From Vulcanimicrobiota bacterium (GTDB lineage Bacteria > Vulcanimicrobiota > Xenobia > Xenobiales > JADMJV01), in NCBI GenBank assembly GCA_050250895.1, contig JBFWNU010000003.1, positions 32,001-96,000 of the forward strand: DNA of 64,000 bases, read 5' to 3'. The stretch's first letter is position 1; each line of letters begins with the position of its first letter. Position numbers and translations under genes: made by a program. Below the pieces are notes generated by a model. The model ran no database searches, was not told the origin of the DNA, and saw only the letters and a program-made list of their open reading frames with translations. Shown piece after piece: positions 38,424 through 49,025 of the stretch.

Positions 38424-41173
38424 ATCGCGAGCAGATCGCAGCCGAAATCATCGAATACCTCGAAGGGCTGGCCGACCCCGCGGCGACCGAGTTGACCGCC
38501 CGGCGCCTCGAGACCGATCCCGTCTACGCCGAGGTGCACGCCGAGTTGCAGGCCATCGACCAGCAGTTGGCCGAGGCTCCCCCCACACCAAGCGCGGGTT
38601 TCACTCGCCGGGTGGCCGCTCATCTGCGCCAGGAGGGACGCTGGCCCTGGTGGACGGCCCTGCGTCGCCTGCTCGAGCACCTGACCATCACCGCGCCCAC
38701 CAGCCACCCGGTCGTGAGTCTGATCGAGTCGCGGGCTGCCCGGGCCCGGCGGCAATTGCCCGGGCCCATCTTGCTGGCCTTGATCTTCGGCTGGCCGGGT
38801 CTGCTGTTCCGTCTTGATGACGAGCTGAGCCAGCTCTCTTTCTTGATGGTGGCCGCCGGCTGTCTGCTGGTGGCCCTTCCCTGGTACTACTTCAAGACCG
38901 ATGTCGACATCTTGCGCAGCCTACGCCAGGGGCGCTGCCTCGAGGACTTGCTCTGCGCCGGGGTCGACGGCCGCGGTATGGTCGACACTTTGGCCGTGCA
39001 CAGCCTGCGTTCCATCGTCAAAGTGGCCGTTCCCTGCCTGTTGATCATGCTACCCTCGGTGCTGGTGCTGCCCGAGCGCTATGCCGCCAAAGGGTTGGTG
39101 TGCGCCCTGGGCTGGCTGCCAGCGGTCATGCTGGCCTTTTATGTCGGCTCGTACGTGACCCAGTTCCAGACGGCCTGGTCGCGCCGGGGCGAATCGGTCT
39201 CGGCGATCCAACTGGGCGTGCTGGTGGCGACTTTGCTACCGGTGCTGGGTCTGGGCTGGGTCAGTGCCTATCTTTTCGGGCTCGAGTTTTATGCCGAGGG
39301 TGCCATGGCCCTGGTTTGCTCGGGGGCTCTCTTGACCCTGGCCAGTCGCTCGCTGGCCATCTGGGGTCTCGAGAACGCCCGCACCATCGACCGCTGGAAC
39401 GAACTCGGGCGCAACGGCGGCTATCGCAACCCCACCCTGGCGGTGGACGACGAGAATCCCATCGTGCTGCGCTATCAGGCTCGCATGGCCGCGGGCACAC
39501 CGGGAGGTTGGCTGGGCCGGGCCGCCGCCGAGACCTGGATCCCCCTGATCGGCCTGGCCTGGTTAGGGGTGAGCCTGCTGGGCCAGAACTATTTCTGGTG
39601 GGGCTTACTGATCGTGTTGGCGGTGGGCTGGTTGCAGGCGGCCCTGACCACCCTGGCGGCCGTGGTCGATGAGCGCGAAGCCAACACGTGGGAGACCCTG
39701 CTACAGACCGGTCTTGACCTCGAGACCTTCAGGACCGGCTGGCTCGAGGTGGCCACCCGAGGCAGCTGGGCCCGCCAACTGCCCGCGGCCGTCACTCCGC
39801 TGGCTCTGGCTGTGTTGCATCCCCACTACCTGGCCGGCGATGGTTCTGAAGTGCTGGCCGGAATGGTCGCCTGGGCAGCCTGCTGGCTGGTCTTGATCGC
39901 TCCCCGCTTCGGCGCCCAGGTTGGCCTGGCCGTGTCGGCAACGGTCGCCGGCCGGCGGGTGGCCGGCAGCCGGCTGGTGGCGGCCGTCTTGTTCGGCTTG
40001 ATCGGCTGGTTGCTGGCCTGGGGCGGGTTGGCCTTCGTGGGTATGCTGACGGCCGAAGCCGGCTTTGTCTATTCGGGTGGTGACAACTGGGAGGCGCTGA
40101 TTCAGCGTGTCTTTCCCTTGCTGAGCCTGGCCCTGGTGGGGTGGTTGGTAGAGCGGCGGGGGCAGCCTGAGTTGGCTGCCTCGGGGTTGCTCGTCCCTGA
40201 GGATGAGACGCGCCCCGGAACCCTCTGGCTGGGTTATCTTCCCACCCTGGCCGCCCTGGCGGTCTGGGCGTGGGTGTTCGCTCGTCCCCTGGCCTGGCGC
40301 CTGGCGGATGATTGGGACTACTCGGCCTGGACGATGGTGCTGGTGGTCTGTTTCTTCCTGGGCTTGCGCTGGTTGGTCAAGCCGCAACTGGCTCTTTATC
40401 GTCACAAGACCTGGAGCTGGCCGGCGCTGGTCTCGCTACCGGTCACCGGAGCGAGCCTGGGCGCGGCGCTAGCCTGCCACGCCGAGTTGAGTGCCTACGC
40501 TCGTTGGTTCGACCTGGGCTTCCTTCACTATGGTCGGGGGGCGCCTCCCGATCTACTCGGCATCCCGGCCGTGACTCTACTCGGTCTGCTGGTCGGAGCG
40601 CTCGCCGCCTTCGTGATGAAACATCGGCAGCCCGAGCTAACGCGAGCGGGTTCGCTGTCTAGCCTGGCGATGATGGCCTGGCTGGGGCTGGCGGCTGTGG
40701 GTATCAACGGGCTGGTGGCACCGACCTGGACCTTCGAACCAGAGCTCGCTCGCGTCGTCAACCAACCCGAAAGTCTCCACGATTGGACTCGAGAGAGCGA
40801 GAGCTATCAGCAGTTGAGCCAGGAATTCGGCGGCAGCTACCTGTTTCCCCAGCTCGAGGTGTGGCTAATTAGTATCGACATCGATCTGGATGCACTCTCC
40901 GACCTGCAATTGGCTCTGCTGGAGCGCACCCTCGAGGATGGAGTGGCCGGCCAGCCAGAGCGGATTCTCGATGCCTTCCGCAACCACGTTCGTAGGCTGC
41001 GCCAGGTCACCGGTGGGGGATTGGCCTTCCGCGTTTTGCTGGTGCGAGAATGGCAGGAGTTTCAGCGGCGTAATCCGCCCGACGCCGTCGAGCGCGAACG
41101 AGTGCTGCTATTGACCATGGAGACCCAGCTCAATCGGGTCCGCGCCGAACAGGCCCGGCGGGGTCATCGGTGA
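38420..41173 (+). CDS. Large polytopic membrane protein, putative anti-sigma factor with ABC-2-permease-like segments
   Basis: Overlaps the sigma stop (ATGA); N-terminal EYLEG.....anti-sigma-like helices; many TMs; DEREANTWETLLQT motif. Confidence 0.7.
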   Translation: MNREQIAAEIIEYLEGLADPAATELTARRLETDPVYAEVHAELQAIDQQLAEAPPTPSAGFTRRVAAHLRQEGRWPWWTALRRLLEHLTITAPTSHPVVSLIESRAARARRQLPGPILLALIFGWPGLLFRLDDELSQLSFLMVAAGCLLVALPWYYFKTDVDILRSLRQGRCLEDLLCAGVDGRGMVDTLAVHSLRSIVKVAVPCLLIMLPSVLVLPERYAAKGLVCALGWLPAVMLAFYVGSYVTQFQTAWSRRGESVSAIQLGVLVATLLPVLGLGWVSAYLFGLEFYAEGAMALVCSGALLTLASRSLAIWGLENARTIDRWNELGRNGGYRNPTLAVDDENPIVLRYQARMAAGTPGGWLGRAAAETWIPLIGLAWLGVSLLGQNYFWWGLLIVLAVGWLQAALTTLAAVVDEREANTWETLLQTGLDLETFRTGWLEVATRGSWARQLPAAVTPLALAVLHPHYLAGDGSEVLAGMVAWAACWLVLIAPRFGAQVGLAVSATVAGRRVAGSRLVAAVLFGLIGWLLAWGGLAFVGMLTAEAGFVYSGGDNWEALIQRVFPLLSLALVGWLVERRGQPELAASGLLVPEDETRPGTLWLGYLPTLAALAVWAWVFARPLAWRLADDWDYSAWTMVLVVCFFLGLRWLVKPQLALYRHKTWSWPALVSLPVTGASLGAALACHAELSAYARWFDLGFLHYGRGAPPDLLGIPAVTLLGLLVGALAAFVMKHRQPELTRAGSLSSLAMMAWLGLAAVGINGLVAPTWTFEPELARVVNQPESLHDWTRESESYQQLSQEFGGSYLFPQLEVWLISIDIDLDALSDLQLALLERTLEDGVAGQPERILDAFRNHVRRLRQVTGGGLAFRVLLVREWQEFQRRNPPDAVERERVLLLTMETQLNRVRAEQARRGHR

Positions 41174-41330
41174 CGTGAAAGAGCTGGCTGGGGCCGTCCA
41201 GGCGAGCGCATCTTTACCTTTGCCTCGCCGCAACGTGGCATAAAAACCGGGGTTGCACCGTGCTCTGCAAAAAGTACTGAGCGATCGAACCACCTAAGGT
41301 CGGTGGCTCCGCCGGGTTAAATCCAGCCAG

Positions 41331-41795
41331 CTAAAGCCATTCGGTAGCCAGCACCTGGTCCCAGCCGAAGTCGGCCTCGAAGGCCTGGTGCAACCTGGGA
41401 GTGAGCTGGTTGTGGGCAAAGGCGATGGCGGCCTGCAGGTGGTCGTCGTTGAAAGCGCCTGATTTTTCGCGGTTGTCAGCGTAGAGAAAGCCGGCCAGCC
41501 TGGTCTGCCGCGAGAAGAGGGGCACGAACAGGACCGAGCGCAAGCTCGACAGCACGGCGCTGGTCTGGTGCTTGAACTTGTTGTGCTTGACGGCGTCGTA
41601 GAAGATCATCGGCTCGGCCTCGTCGAGCAAAGACTGGATCAGGGTGTGAGAAAGTTCGCCGGTGGTCCACAGAGTGGCCGCCTCGAAGCCATGGGCCAGG
41701 CCGAAGCCAGCGTAGTGCACGATGGCCCGCTCGCCCCCGAGCCGGTCGGTCAAGAAGCTCAGACCCTGTGCCAGAACGCTCCGCGCAGTCCCCAT
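41331..41795 (-). CDS. Stand-alone GAF domain protein
   Basis: LRSVLFVPL.....LAGFLYADN....GAF..D motif. Confidence 0.75.
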   Translation of the reverse strand: MGTARSVLAQGLSFLTDRLGGERAIVHYAGFGLAHGFEAATLWTTGELSHTLIQSLLDEAEPMIFYDAVKHNKFKHQTSAVLSSLRSVLFVPLFSRQTRLAGFLYADNREKSGAFNDDHLQAAIAFAHNQLTPRLHQAFEADFGWDQVLATEWL

Positions 41796-41850
41796 CGAAA
41801 AGCGCTTTCGGCAACAGGCGACCAGCCCCTCTGCCAGGAACAGACCCCAG

Positions 41851-43518
41851 ATGATGGCCCTGGCTGCTGCCTGCCCGATTCTGCTGGCTGCCCTCCTACT
41901 GGTTGGGGCGCGCTGGCCGGCCCGTTTTGCCATGCCGCTGACCTTCTTCATCGCGGCCGGGATGGGCCTGGGGGTCTGGGGCATGCGGGGCGAGGTGATC
42001 ATCGCCTCGGCCATCCAGGGCCTGGGAGTTACCCTCGAACTCCTCTACATCATCTTCGGGGCCCTGTTCTTGCTCAACACCCTCAAGCACTCGGGAGCGA
42101 TGAAAGCGATCCGGCGCGGCTTCACCAATCACAGCAAGGACCGACGGGTTCAGTTGGTGCTGGTGGCCTGGTTGTTCGGCTCGTTTCTCGAGGGCGCCTC
42201 GGGCTTTGGCACTCCTGCGGCTATCGCCGCTCCGCTGCTGGTAGCGCTGGGCTTTCCGGCCGCCTGTGCGGTCATGCTGGGCATGATGGTCCAGAGCACG
42301 GCGGTCACTTTCGGTGCGGTGGGCACTCCCATCCTGATCGGGGTCAATCAAGGCCTGGCCAGCCCCGAGTTCACGGCCCAACTGGCCGCGGCCGGCATGA
42401 CCATGCCCCAGTATCTCTACCAGGTGGGCGTCCGCTGCGCTGTTTTTCATGCCCTGGTCGGCACCTTCATGCCGCTCTTGATGGTGGCCATGATGACTCG
42501 CTTTTTCGGCAACAAGGGCACCTTCCGCGAGGGCCTCGACATCTGGCCCTTCGCCCTTTTCGGCGGGCTGGCTTTCACCGTTCCTTACCTGGTGACCGGC
42601 ATCGTGCTCGGGCCCGAGTTTCCCACGCTGCTGGGCTCGTTGATCGGACTGGGGACGGTCTCGCTGGTCACTCGCAACGGCTTTTTGTTGCCCAAGGACG
42701 AGTGGGATTTTCCCCCTCGCCCGGTCTGGAAGCCCGAGTGGATGGGCAAGTTCGAGATTCGCTCCGACTTCGAGCCCGGTGGCATGTCGACGGTGACGGC
42801 CTGGGTGCCCTACCTCATGGTGGCGGCCCTGCTGGTGGTGACCCGGGTGCCGGAACTGGCCATCGGTCCCTGGCTCAAGAGTGTGCAGCTCAATTGGAAC
42901 GGCATCCTTGGCACTCAGGTCAACATGTCGCTGAGCCCGCTTTATCTGCCGGGGACGGCCATGCTGGTGGGTTGTCTCATCACTTACTTCCTGCACGGCA
43001 TGCAGACTCGCGACCTGGGGGCCGCCTTCAAAGAATCGGTGAGCGTGCTGTGGGGAGCGGGCTTCGTGTTGGTGTTCACGGTGCCCATGGTGCGCATCTA
43101 CATCAACTCGGGCATCAATACGGCCGGGCTACCCGGCATGCCGGTGGCCATGGCCGAAGGCGTGGCCTCGATCTTCGGTCCCATCTGGCCGCTCTTCGCT
43201 CCGGCCGTAGGGGCGCTGGGGGCGTTCATCGCCGGCAGCAACACGGTGAGCAACCTCATGCTCAGCCTGTTTCAGTTCCAGGTGGCCACCCAGATGAAGC
43301 TGTCCGGCGCGCTGTGCGTGGCCCTGCAAGCGGTGGGCGCCGCGGCCGGCAACATGGTGGCCATCCACAACGTGGTGGCCGCCTCGGCCACGGTGGGCAT
43401 GCTCGATGAGGAGGGAACGACCATGCGCAAGACCATCATTCCCACCCTCTATTATGTTGCCGCCGCCGGCTGGCTGGGCCTGCTGGCTCTGCCGTTCTGG
43501 CCCGATCCCTTCAGCTAG
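41851..43518 (+). CDS. lldP: L-lactate permease (LctP family)
   Basis: [27 protein letters not shown] and GAAAGNM motifs. Confidence 0.9.
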   Translation: MMALAAACPILLAALLLVGARWPARFAMPLTFFIAAGMGLGVWGMRGEVIIASAIQGLGVTLELLYIIFGALFLLNTLKHSGAMKAIRRGFTNHSKDRRVQLVLVAWLFGSFLEGASGFGTPAAIAAPLLVALGFPAACAVMLGMMVQSTAVTFGAVGTPILIGVNQGLASPEFTAQLAAAGMTMPQYLYQVGVRCAVFHALVGTFMPLLMVAMMTRFFGNKGTFREGLDIWPFALFGGLAFTVPYLVTGIVLGPEFPTLLGSLIGLGTVSLVTRNGFLLPKDEWDFPPRPVWKPEWMGKFEIRSDFEPGGMSTVTAWVPYLMVAALLVVTRVPELAIGPWLKSVQLNWNGILGTQVNMSLSPLYLPGTAMLVGCLITYFLHGMQTRDLGAAFKESVSVLWGAGFVLVFTVPMVRIYINSGINTAGLPGMPVAMAEGVASIFGPIWPLFAPAVGALGAFIAGSNTVSNLMLSLFQFQVATQMKLSGALCVALQAVGAAAGNMVAIHNVVAASATVGMLDEEGTTMRKTIIPTLYYVAAAGWLGLLALPFWPDPFS

Positions 43519-43544
43519 TGTTGGGGCGAATACGGCCTCCTCGC

Positions 43545-44282
43545 TCATCTGACCACCGGGGCTAGCTCCAGCAACCGTTGGGGGTGGTTGGTGGTAATGG
43601 CTTCGACGCCCAGAGCCAGCATGGCCTTCATTGCCTCGGGGTGGTCGACGGTCCAGGTGCTGACCTTCAGTCCCAGTCGGTGCGCTTTGTCCACGAAGGC
43701 TCGATTCACCAGGGCATAATGGGGGGCGGCGTAGGTGGCTCCCAGTTCCAGCACCTCTTCGAGCCGCTCGGGACGGCCAAACAGCAATCCGGTGGCCACG
43801 GCCGGGGCCAAAGCATGAACGGTGCGCACGCTTTCGCGGTCAAACGAGATGACCACCGCTCGCTCCAGGCAGCGATGAGCCCTCAGCTCGTCGAGCACGG
43901 CCTCTTCTAGCCCCTGATAGCGGGCACCCGGAGGATGCTTGAGTTCGACGAAGGGGCGGGCCGAGCCGACGGCCTCGAGGGCCTCACCCAGGCTGGGCAC
44001 TCCGGCCGCCTGGAGTTCGGCCAGGGTCAGCTCGTTCACCCGGCCCACCTGCCCGAAGGTGCGCACCAGCGTGTGGTCGTGAATCACGACCACTTGCCCG
44101 TCGCGGCTGAGATGCACGTCAAACTCGACCGCGTCGACTCCCAGGGCTACGGCTTTGGCCAGGGTGGCGGGCATGTTCTCGGGGCCCAGGGCCCCGCCTC
44201 GGTGGGCCACCACCCAGGGGTCGGCCAGGGCGGCCGCCGTCAAGAGCAAAAGGGCGACCAGCGCCCGCAATAACGATCTCAT
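43545..44282 (-). CDS. Glycerophosphodiester phosphodiesterase
   Basis: AHRG, PEN, EFDV, HD, ELK and WTVD motifs; signal peptide. Confidence 0.92.
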   Translation of the reverse strand: MRSLLRALVALLLLTAAALADPWVVAHRGGALGPENMPATLAKAVALGVDAVEFDVHLSRDGQVVVIHDHTLVRTFGQVGRVNELTLAELQAAGVPSLGEALEAVGSARPFVELKHPPGARYQGLEEAVLDELRAHRCLERAVVISFDRESVRTVHALAPAVATGLLFGRPERLEEVLELGATYAAPHYALVNRAFVDKAHRLGLKVSTWTVDHPEAMKAMLALGVEAITTNHPQRLLELAPVVR

Positions 44283-44318
44283 CCGGCGGCTTTCGCAGCC
44301 TCAGGCGGTGAAGCCTCG

Positions 44319-45686
44319 TCAGGCGGGTTGGAGGAAGCGCTCCAGGCCGGGGTGGTCGCACAGTTGCTGGGCCCGGCGGGCCAGGCGATCGGCCTGCTCG
44401 CGGTCGCCGGTGCGCCAGCACAGGTGAGCCCAATAGCCGAGATAGCGGCCAAGTTTGCGTTCCGACAGCTCGAGAGCGGCGCGGGTGGCCGGGTTGGCTT
44501 TGCGCAGGCGGCGTTCGGCCGCTTTGGCCAGGCCGCGGGCTTCGCGAGTTGCGCCCAGGCATTCAGCCAGCTCTTTCTGGAGCTGGGCCGTGCGAGCGTG
44601 GCGCCGCCCCAGTACCTGCTCGGTGATGCGGGTGGCTTCGCGGAGGGCTTTCTCGGCTTGACCGTTCGAGCAATGGCCAAATAGGCGCAGGCGGTCGGCG
44701 ATTTCGAGGCGGGTGTCTTTGCTGGCCCGAGCCTCGAGGTTGAGCAGGCGGGTCAGCACGGCTTCGGCTTGAGCCACCTCGCCGCGGGCATAAAGCACCG
44801 TCATGAGATGGTGCAGCGACTGGGCCACCCGGGGGCTACTGAGGCCCTGGCTGGTCTCGGCGTGGGTGAGATAGATCCGATAGCACTCTTCCGCCTGTTC
44901 GAAGCGGCCCTGGGCGTGCAGGCAGCCGCCCAGGCTGGCCACGATCTCGAGGTCGGAAGAGAACTCTCGGGCTTTGCGCAGATACAGTTCGGCCTTCTCG
45001 AAGTCATACTCGAGCATCACCACCTGGCCGAGTTGATGGAGAATGGCGGCGGCCTGGGCGCTGCGGGGGCCGAACTTTGCCTCGTGCATTCGCAGCGAAT
45101 GGCGCAGGAAGGCGGCGGCCAGCATGGGGCGACGGGCCTGCAGGGCCAATTCTGCCAGGTGGCGGGCCACCGGGGGCATCGTGGTGTCGACCTGACGGCC
45201 ATAGATACGGGCGCAGATCTGCTCGGCCGACTCGAGCAGTTCGGGACTGTTGCGAACCTGGCTGAGCTTGCCCAGGATATTGGCGTAGCGACTGGTGTTG
45301 CGGCCCAGGCTCTGGGCGAACGAGGCGGCCTGTTCGATCAGGGCCGAATCGGTGACCTTGCCCCAGACGTCATCTCCGACCAGGGCCAAAAGCGCCGAGG
45401 CAGTGGCGGCGTGATCGGGGCCGTGGGCTTTGCGGCGGAGCTTATAGGCTTCCAGCTGCAGGTCGCTGCCCCGGGGGTCCCACCGGGCCTGATGCAGGCG
45501 GGCCAGAGCCTCGACGGTTTCGAGCCGGCGGGGGTCGCGCTTGGAGAACATTTTGTCGGCCCGCGAGCGGGCTCTGATAAGATGACGCTCGGCCGTTGCG
45601 AGGTCGCCTCGGTCGAGGGCCGCCCGGCCCAGTTCGAGGTCTTGATTCCAGCCCTTTTTGAAAAATATCCTTCGTACCAGGCGCAT
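44319..45686 (-). CDS. Tetratricopeptide repeat protein
   Basis: Kinesin-light-chain-type TPRs (HGPDH, QGRFEQAE, RGEVAQAE). Confidence 0.8.
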   Translation of the reverse strand: MRLVRRIFFKKGWNQDLELGRAALDRGDLATAERHLIRARSRADKMFSKRDPRRLETVEALARLHQARWDPRGSDLQLEAYKLRRKAHGPDHAATASALLALVGDDVWGKVTDSALIEQAASFAQSLGRNTSRYANILGKLSQVRNSPELLESAEQICARIYGRQVDTTMPPVARHLAELALQARRPMLAAAFLRHSLRMHEAKFGPRSAQAAAILHQLGQVVMLEYDFEKAELYLRKAREFSSDLEIVASLGGCLHAQGRFEQAEECYRIYLTHAETSQGLSSPRVAQSLHHLMTVLYARGEVAQAEAVLTRLLNLEARASKDTRLEIADRLRLFGHCSNGQAEKALREATRITEQVLGRRHARTAQLQKELAECLGATREARGLAKAAERRLRKANPATRAALELSERKLGRYLGYWAHLCWRTGDREQADRLARRAQQLCDHPGLERFLQPA

Positions 45687-45741
45687 TAGCGAGTCCTCTC
45701 AGTTCTGCTCGGGTCGTCGTTTATTATAGTAGAGAATCGGC

Positions 45742-46233
45742 CTAAAGGGAAGATTCTTCCCGAAACTCTCCGGCCCGCAAAAGGTAGCGTGACTGGCGCG
45801 GAACCTGGGGTCGAAGGTCGAGGGTGTCGACCCGGTCGATCTCGCCTTCCAGGACCGTGAAGTTCCATGGGGGGAGGTGGTCGAGGCTGCCATAAATGCG
45901 ACTTCGGGTCTCGGACGAAACCTTAGTCCAGAATCGGTCCCGCACGGCTCCCTCCTCGAGCGGTCGCATGTGACCGGCCAGGCGCAACTGAACGGGGTCG
46001 TCGAGGGCGGCCAGGCACAGCTCGAAGCGACTATCGCGAGCCAGTTGCTCGACCTTGGCCGAATTGCGATCGCAACACGTATAGATCAAGTGACGCTGCA
46101 AGTTGAAACCGCACACTCTCACCGTTCTGACCCGCGGCGAACCGTCAAGGTCAACGGTGGCAAGCCAGGCCGAGGGAAAGGTGGCAGCCTTGCGCGCTTG
46201 ATGAAAAAGCTCGACCGCACCCGCTGGTAGCAT
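45742..46233 (-). CDS. Pyridoxamine 5'-phosphate oxidase family protein
   Basis: LATV...G.PRVRTV, SAKV, QLRLAG and VDTLDL motifs. Confidence 0.8.
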   Translation of the reverse strand: MLPAGAVELFHQARKAATFPSAWLATVDLDGSPRVRTVRVCGFNLQRHLIYTCCDRNSAKVEQLARDSRFELCLAALDDPVQLRLAGHMRPLEEGAVRDRFWTKVSSETRSRIYGSLDHLPPWNFTVLEGEIDRVDTLDLRPQVPRQSRYLLRAGEFREESSL

Positions 46234-46304
46234 GGGCTGGCACTACGACAGTCGGGCGAGTTTTCCCGGCAGGAGCCAAAAACGCTCGAAGAGAACCTCG
46301 GCAG

Positions 46305-47069
46305 GTGGCTGTTTCCAACGATTTTCTGATTGCAGTCCGGAGAGTCCTCAACGAAACTCGGCAAGACCGTCACTGTCGTCCCATGCTCGAAAAGCGTGAC
46401 ACCGACGTGCTAGTGCCGTTCCTGGGCTGCAAAACCCCCACCTACCTATTTCTCGGCGCTTGCCCGGTCGGTTATGACCTGGAGGGGGTGCCTCGCAAAG
46501 CCGACGAGTATATCGACTATGCCACCGGCTATTTCGGACGGGCTGATACCGATAAGGCTCCCTTTGTGCAATGCCTGCCCTTCACAGCCAACCACCATGA
46601 AGACTACACCACCTTCGGGCAGGTGGCCATGGTGGCGAACATCGTGCCCGTGCCGGCCGAGCGCTCGAGCGAGGTGTCCGTGCCTTTGCTCGAACAGTGC
46701 TGGCCTCGTATGGCCAACTTGATTTCGGCGGTCAAGCCGAAGTTGTTGCTGTGTCACGGCTCGGCCGCCTGGAAGTTTCTGGCCGGCCTCGAAGACGGCC
46801 ACGACCCCGTCTTCACCGAACTGCCTGAAGGTCACCGGTTGGCTCTCAAGGACGTCTTTCAGAAGGTGCCGGGCAACCAGTTGCCCTTCAAGACCAGCTT
46901 GCGCGAACTCGACGGAGACCCGCTCTGGATTTTGCCTCTGCCCAACCTGGGTAAGTCGGCTCCGGCTCGGGCCGACCGCGAGAAGGGCGAAGAGGGTTTG
47001 GCCCAGGCACGGCGCCTTCTCTATGATCAGCCGTCCCGCTCGAGGATTCGAGTGCGTCGACCCGGATGA
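46305..47069 (+). CDS. Hypothetical protein, possibly a degenerate uracil-DNA-glycosylase-like fold
   Basis: LFLGACP, KPKLLLCHGSAA and WILPLPNL segments in UDG-like order. Confidence 0.55.
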   Translation: MAVSNDFLIAVRRVLNETRQDRHCRPMLEKRDTDVLVPFLGCKTPTYLFLGACPVGYDLEGVPRKADEYIDYATGYFGRADTDKAPFVQCLPFTANHHEDYTTFGQVAMVANIVPVPAERSSEVSVPLLEQCWPRMANLISAVKPKLLLCHGSAAWKFLAGLEDGHDPVFTELPEGHRLALKDVFQKVPGNQLPFKTSLRELDGDPLWILPLPNLGKSAPARADREKGEEGLAQARRLLYDQPSRSRIRVRRPG

Positions 47070-47500
47070 GCGGAACTCGCGTCATCGTGTTGGTGATCGG
47101 GGCGGCCCTTGTGGCTGCCTCGATTCTCTCTTACACCATGGGAAGGCCCCAGGAGGAACTCTCGCGTCAGGAACTCGAGTCGTATACAGGCACTACCCTT
47201 CCAGTCAGAATATTTGACCTTCACGCCCTCCGCTACAAAGGTCTGGTTTTTGCTCGCTTCGAGCTCGAACCGAGTGAACTGGCCGAATGGCAGAAATCCC
47301 TGTCCGGTTGGGAAGAGGGGCTTCGTCCTCGGGGGATGGAGCTCAAGCTCGAGCGGGACTGGTGGAAGCCTGGTGAACTGACCGAAGTCACCGGGCGACA
47401 GGTAAGCGGCGTTTCCTTGATGGCCGCCGCGGCCTCGGGTAACCGGGTGGTGTGCTATATGTTTGGAGATGGCGGCGAGATGTTGCCGTCAAATCCATAA
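47066..47500 (+). CDS. Hypothetical membrane-anchored protein
   Basis: N-terminal TM; ATGA overlap with the upstream gene. Confidence 0.65.
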   Translation: MSGTRVIVLVIGAALVAASILSYTMGRPQEELSRQELESYTGTTLPVRIFDLHALRYKGLVFARFELEPSELAEWQKSLSGWEEGLRPRGMELKLERDWWKPGELTEVTGRQVSGVSLMAAAASGNRVVCYMFGDGGEMLPSNP

Positions 47501-47599
47501 CGTTTTACATTTTGCTTACATTGTTAAACAGGCTGTAACCACACTCTTCTTTCTCCAATACTGTGCAGCCGCTATTATGTTAGTAAGGAGAGAGAGACC

Positions 47600-48379
47600 A
47601 TGAATATTTTTGGACCTCAGACAGGATTCGGTATGCCGATGATGGGTGGACCCATGGGCATGATGAATCCGCTACAGATGATTCTTCAGCTTTTGGTTGG
47701 CCTGCTCAGCGGAATGATGGGCGGGCAGATGGGCGGCCCCTTCGGTGGTGGCGGCCCCGGCGGGGGATGTTTTAGCCCCGGCTTCAATCCTGGTTTCGGC
47801 GGAGGCGGCGGCGGCTGCGGTAGTTGCGGCGGCGGTTTTCCCGGCTCCAACGGATTCTTGGGCGGCGGCAATGGTGGCGGCCCGATTTCGAATTTCAACG
47901 CAGCCAACTTGCCCAACGGTCGCATTAGCGGCAGCGGGCAGGGCACCGATGCCGTCAACTGGGCTCTGACCCAGGAAGGCGTTAGCGAGCGCAACAACCC
48001 CGACACCGTTCGGGCCTACTCGCGGGGCCGCTGGCAATCGTGGTGCGCCGACTTCGTGTCGACCGCTTACGAACGCACCGGTGGCTCCCCCTGGGGACAC
48101 CAGTCCTCGGTGCAGGGCATCCTCGATTGGGGACGTCGCAACCCTGGCCACTTCCTCAGCGCCAATCAGGCTCGCCAGAACCCTGGCTCGCTCAAAGTCG
48201 GCGATGTGGTGGTCTGGAAGCAGAACGGCAAGTCCCACGTGGGTCTGTTGACCGGCGTGAATCCCAACGGAACCTTCAATACCATCGAAGGCAACACCAG
48301 TGACCGGGTCGCCCGGCGAACCCACTCTTTCAGCAGCAATCAGCTGACTGGCTTTGTGCGGGGACGCGGCACCTACTAG
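47600..48379 (+). CDS. CHAP-domain peptidoglycan amidase with a Gly/Met-rich N-terminus
   Basis: WCADFVS, SHVG and IEGN catalytic motifs; AAGGAG SD. Confidence 0.85.
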   Translation: MNIFGPQTGFGMPMMGGPMGMMNPLQMILQLLVGLLSGMMGGQMGGPFGGGGPGGGCFSPGFNPGFGGGGGGCGSCGGGFPGSNGFLGGGNGGGPISNFNAANLPNGRISGSGQGTDAVNWALTQEGVSERNNPDTVRAYSRGRWQSWCADFVSTAYERTGGSPWGHQSSVQGILDWGRRNPGHFLSANQARQNPGSLKVGDVVVWKQNGKSHVGLLTGVNPNGTFNTIEGNTSDRVARRTHSFSSNQLTGFVRGRGTY

Positions 48380-48407
48380 GCTCTTAAGGCCTCATCTCTC
48401 AGTCTCG

Positions 48408-48435
48408 AACGGCGCCTCACGAGGGCGCCGTTTTC
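48408..48435 (+). terminator. Intrinsic terminator
   Basis: AACGGCGCC-N7-GGCGCCGTT followed by TTC. Confidence 0.7.
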
Positions 48436-48476
48436 TCTTGCGAAGGGATGGGTGAAAGCGGTTCGAACTCTACTGC

Positions 48477-48968
48477 GTGTCACAGTTCGAGGAGAGCATC
48501 CTGGTGTCGCTGCGCCGCATCTCGCGCGCCATCGGAATGCACAGTCGCCAGCTCAAGAAAGACTTCCACCTGACCGCGCCGCAGCTCGTGTGTCTGCGTC
48601 AGTTGAGCCAGGGACCGAGTTCGGCCGGGCAGTTAGCCCGGGCCGTTTCTTTGAGTCCCGGCACCGTCACCGGCATTCTCGATCGTCTCGAGGCCCGGGG
48701 GCTGGTCGAGCGGCGCCGTTCGCAGCTGGATAAACGGCGGGTCGAGGTGGCCCTCACGACGGCTGCCGAGAGCCTGATCCGGCAGGCTCCCACCCCCCTG
48801 CATCAGAGCTTTTCGCAGCGCCTACGAGCTTTGCCCGATGAAGAGCAGCACAACATCGATGAGACCCTGCAAAAGATCGTGGCCATGATGGAGGCTCAGC
48901 AACTGGATGCTGCTCCTTTGCTGTCGGAAGAGACGGTTTTGAGCGAAGCAGACGACGGCATGCCTTGA
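48477..48968 (+). CDS. MarR family transcriptional regulator
   Basis: LTAPQL, LA..V.LS..TVTGILDRLE.RGLV and DKR.V motifs. Confidence 0.92.
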   Translation: MSQFEESILVSLRRISRAIGMHSRQLKKDFHLTAPQLVCLRQLSQGPSSAGQLARAVSLSPGTVTGILDRLEARGLVERRRSQLDKRRVEVALTTAAESLIRQAPTPLHQSFSQRLRALPDEEQHNIDETLQKIVAMMEAQQLDAAPLLSEETVLSEADDGMP

Positions 48969-49025
48969 TCTTCTTGTTGCTTTGTGTTAAAAAGGTTTCT
49001 GCACAAAGCAACCTGGAGGTGGAAC

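Noticed and set aside
41568-43409. 613-aa ORF
   Set aside because: Alternative frame over the lactate permease with no recognisable motifs.
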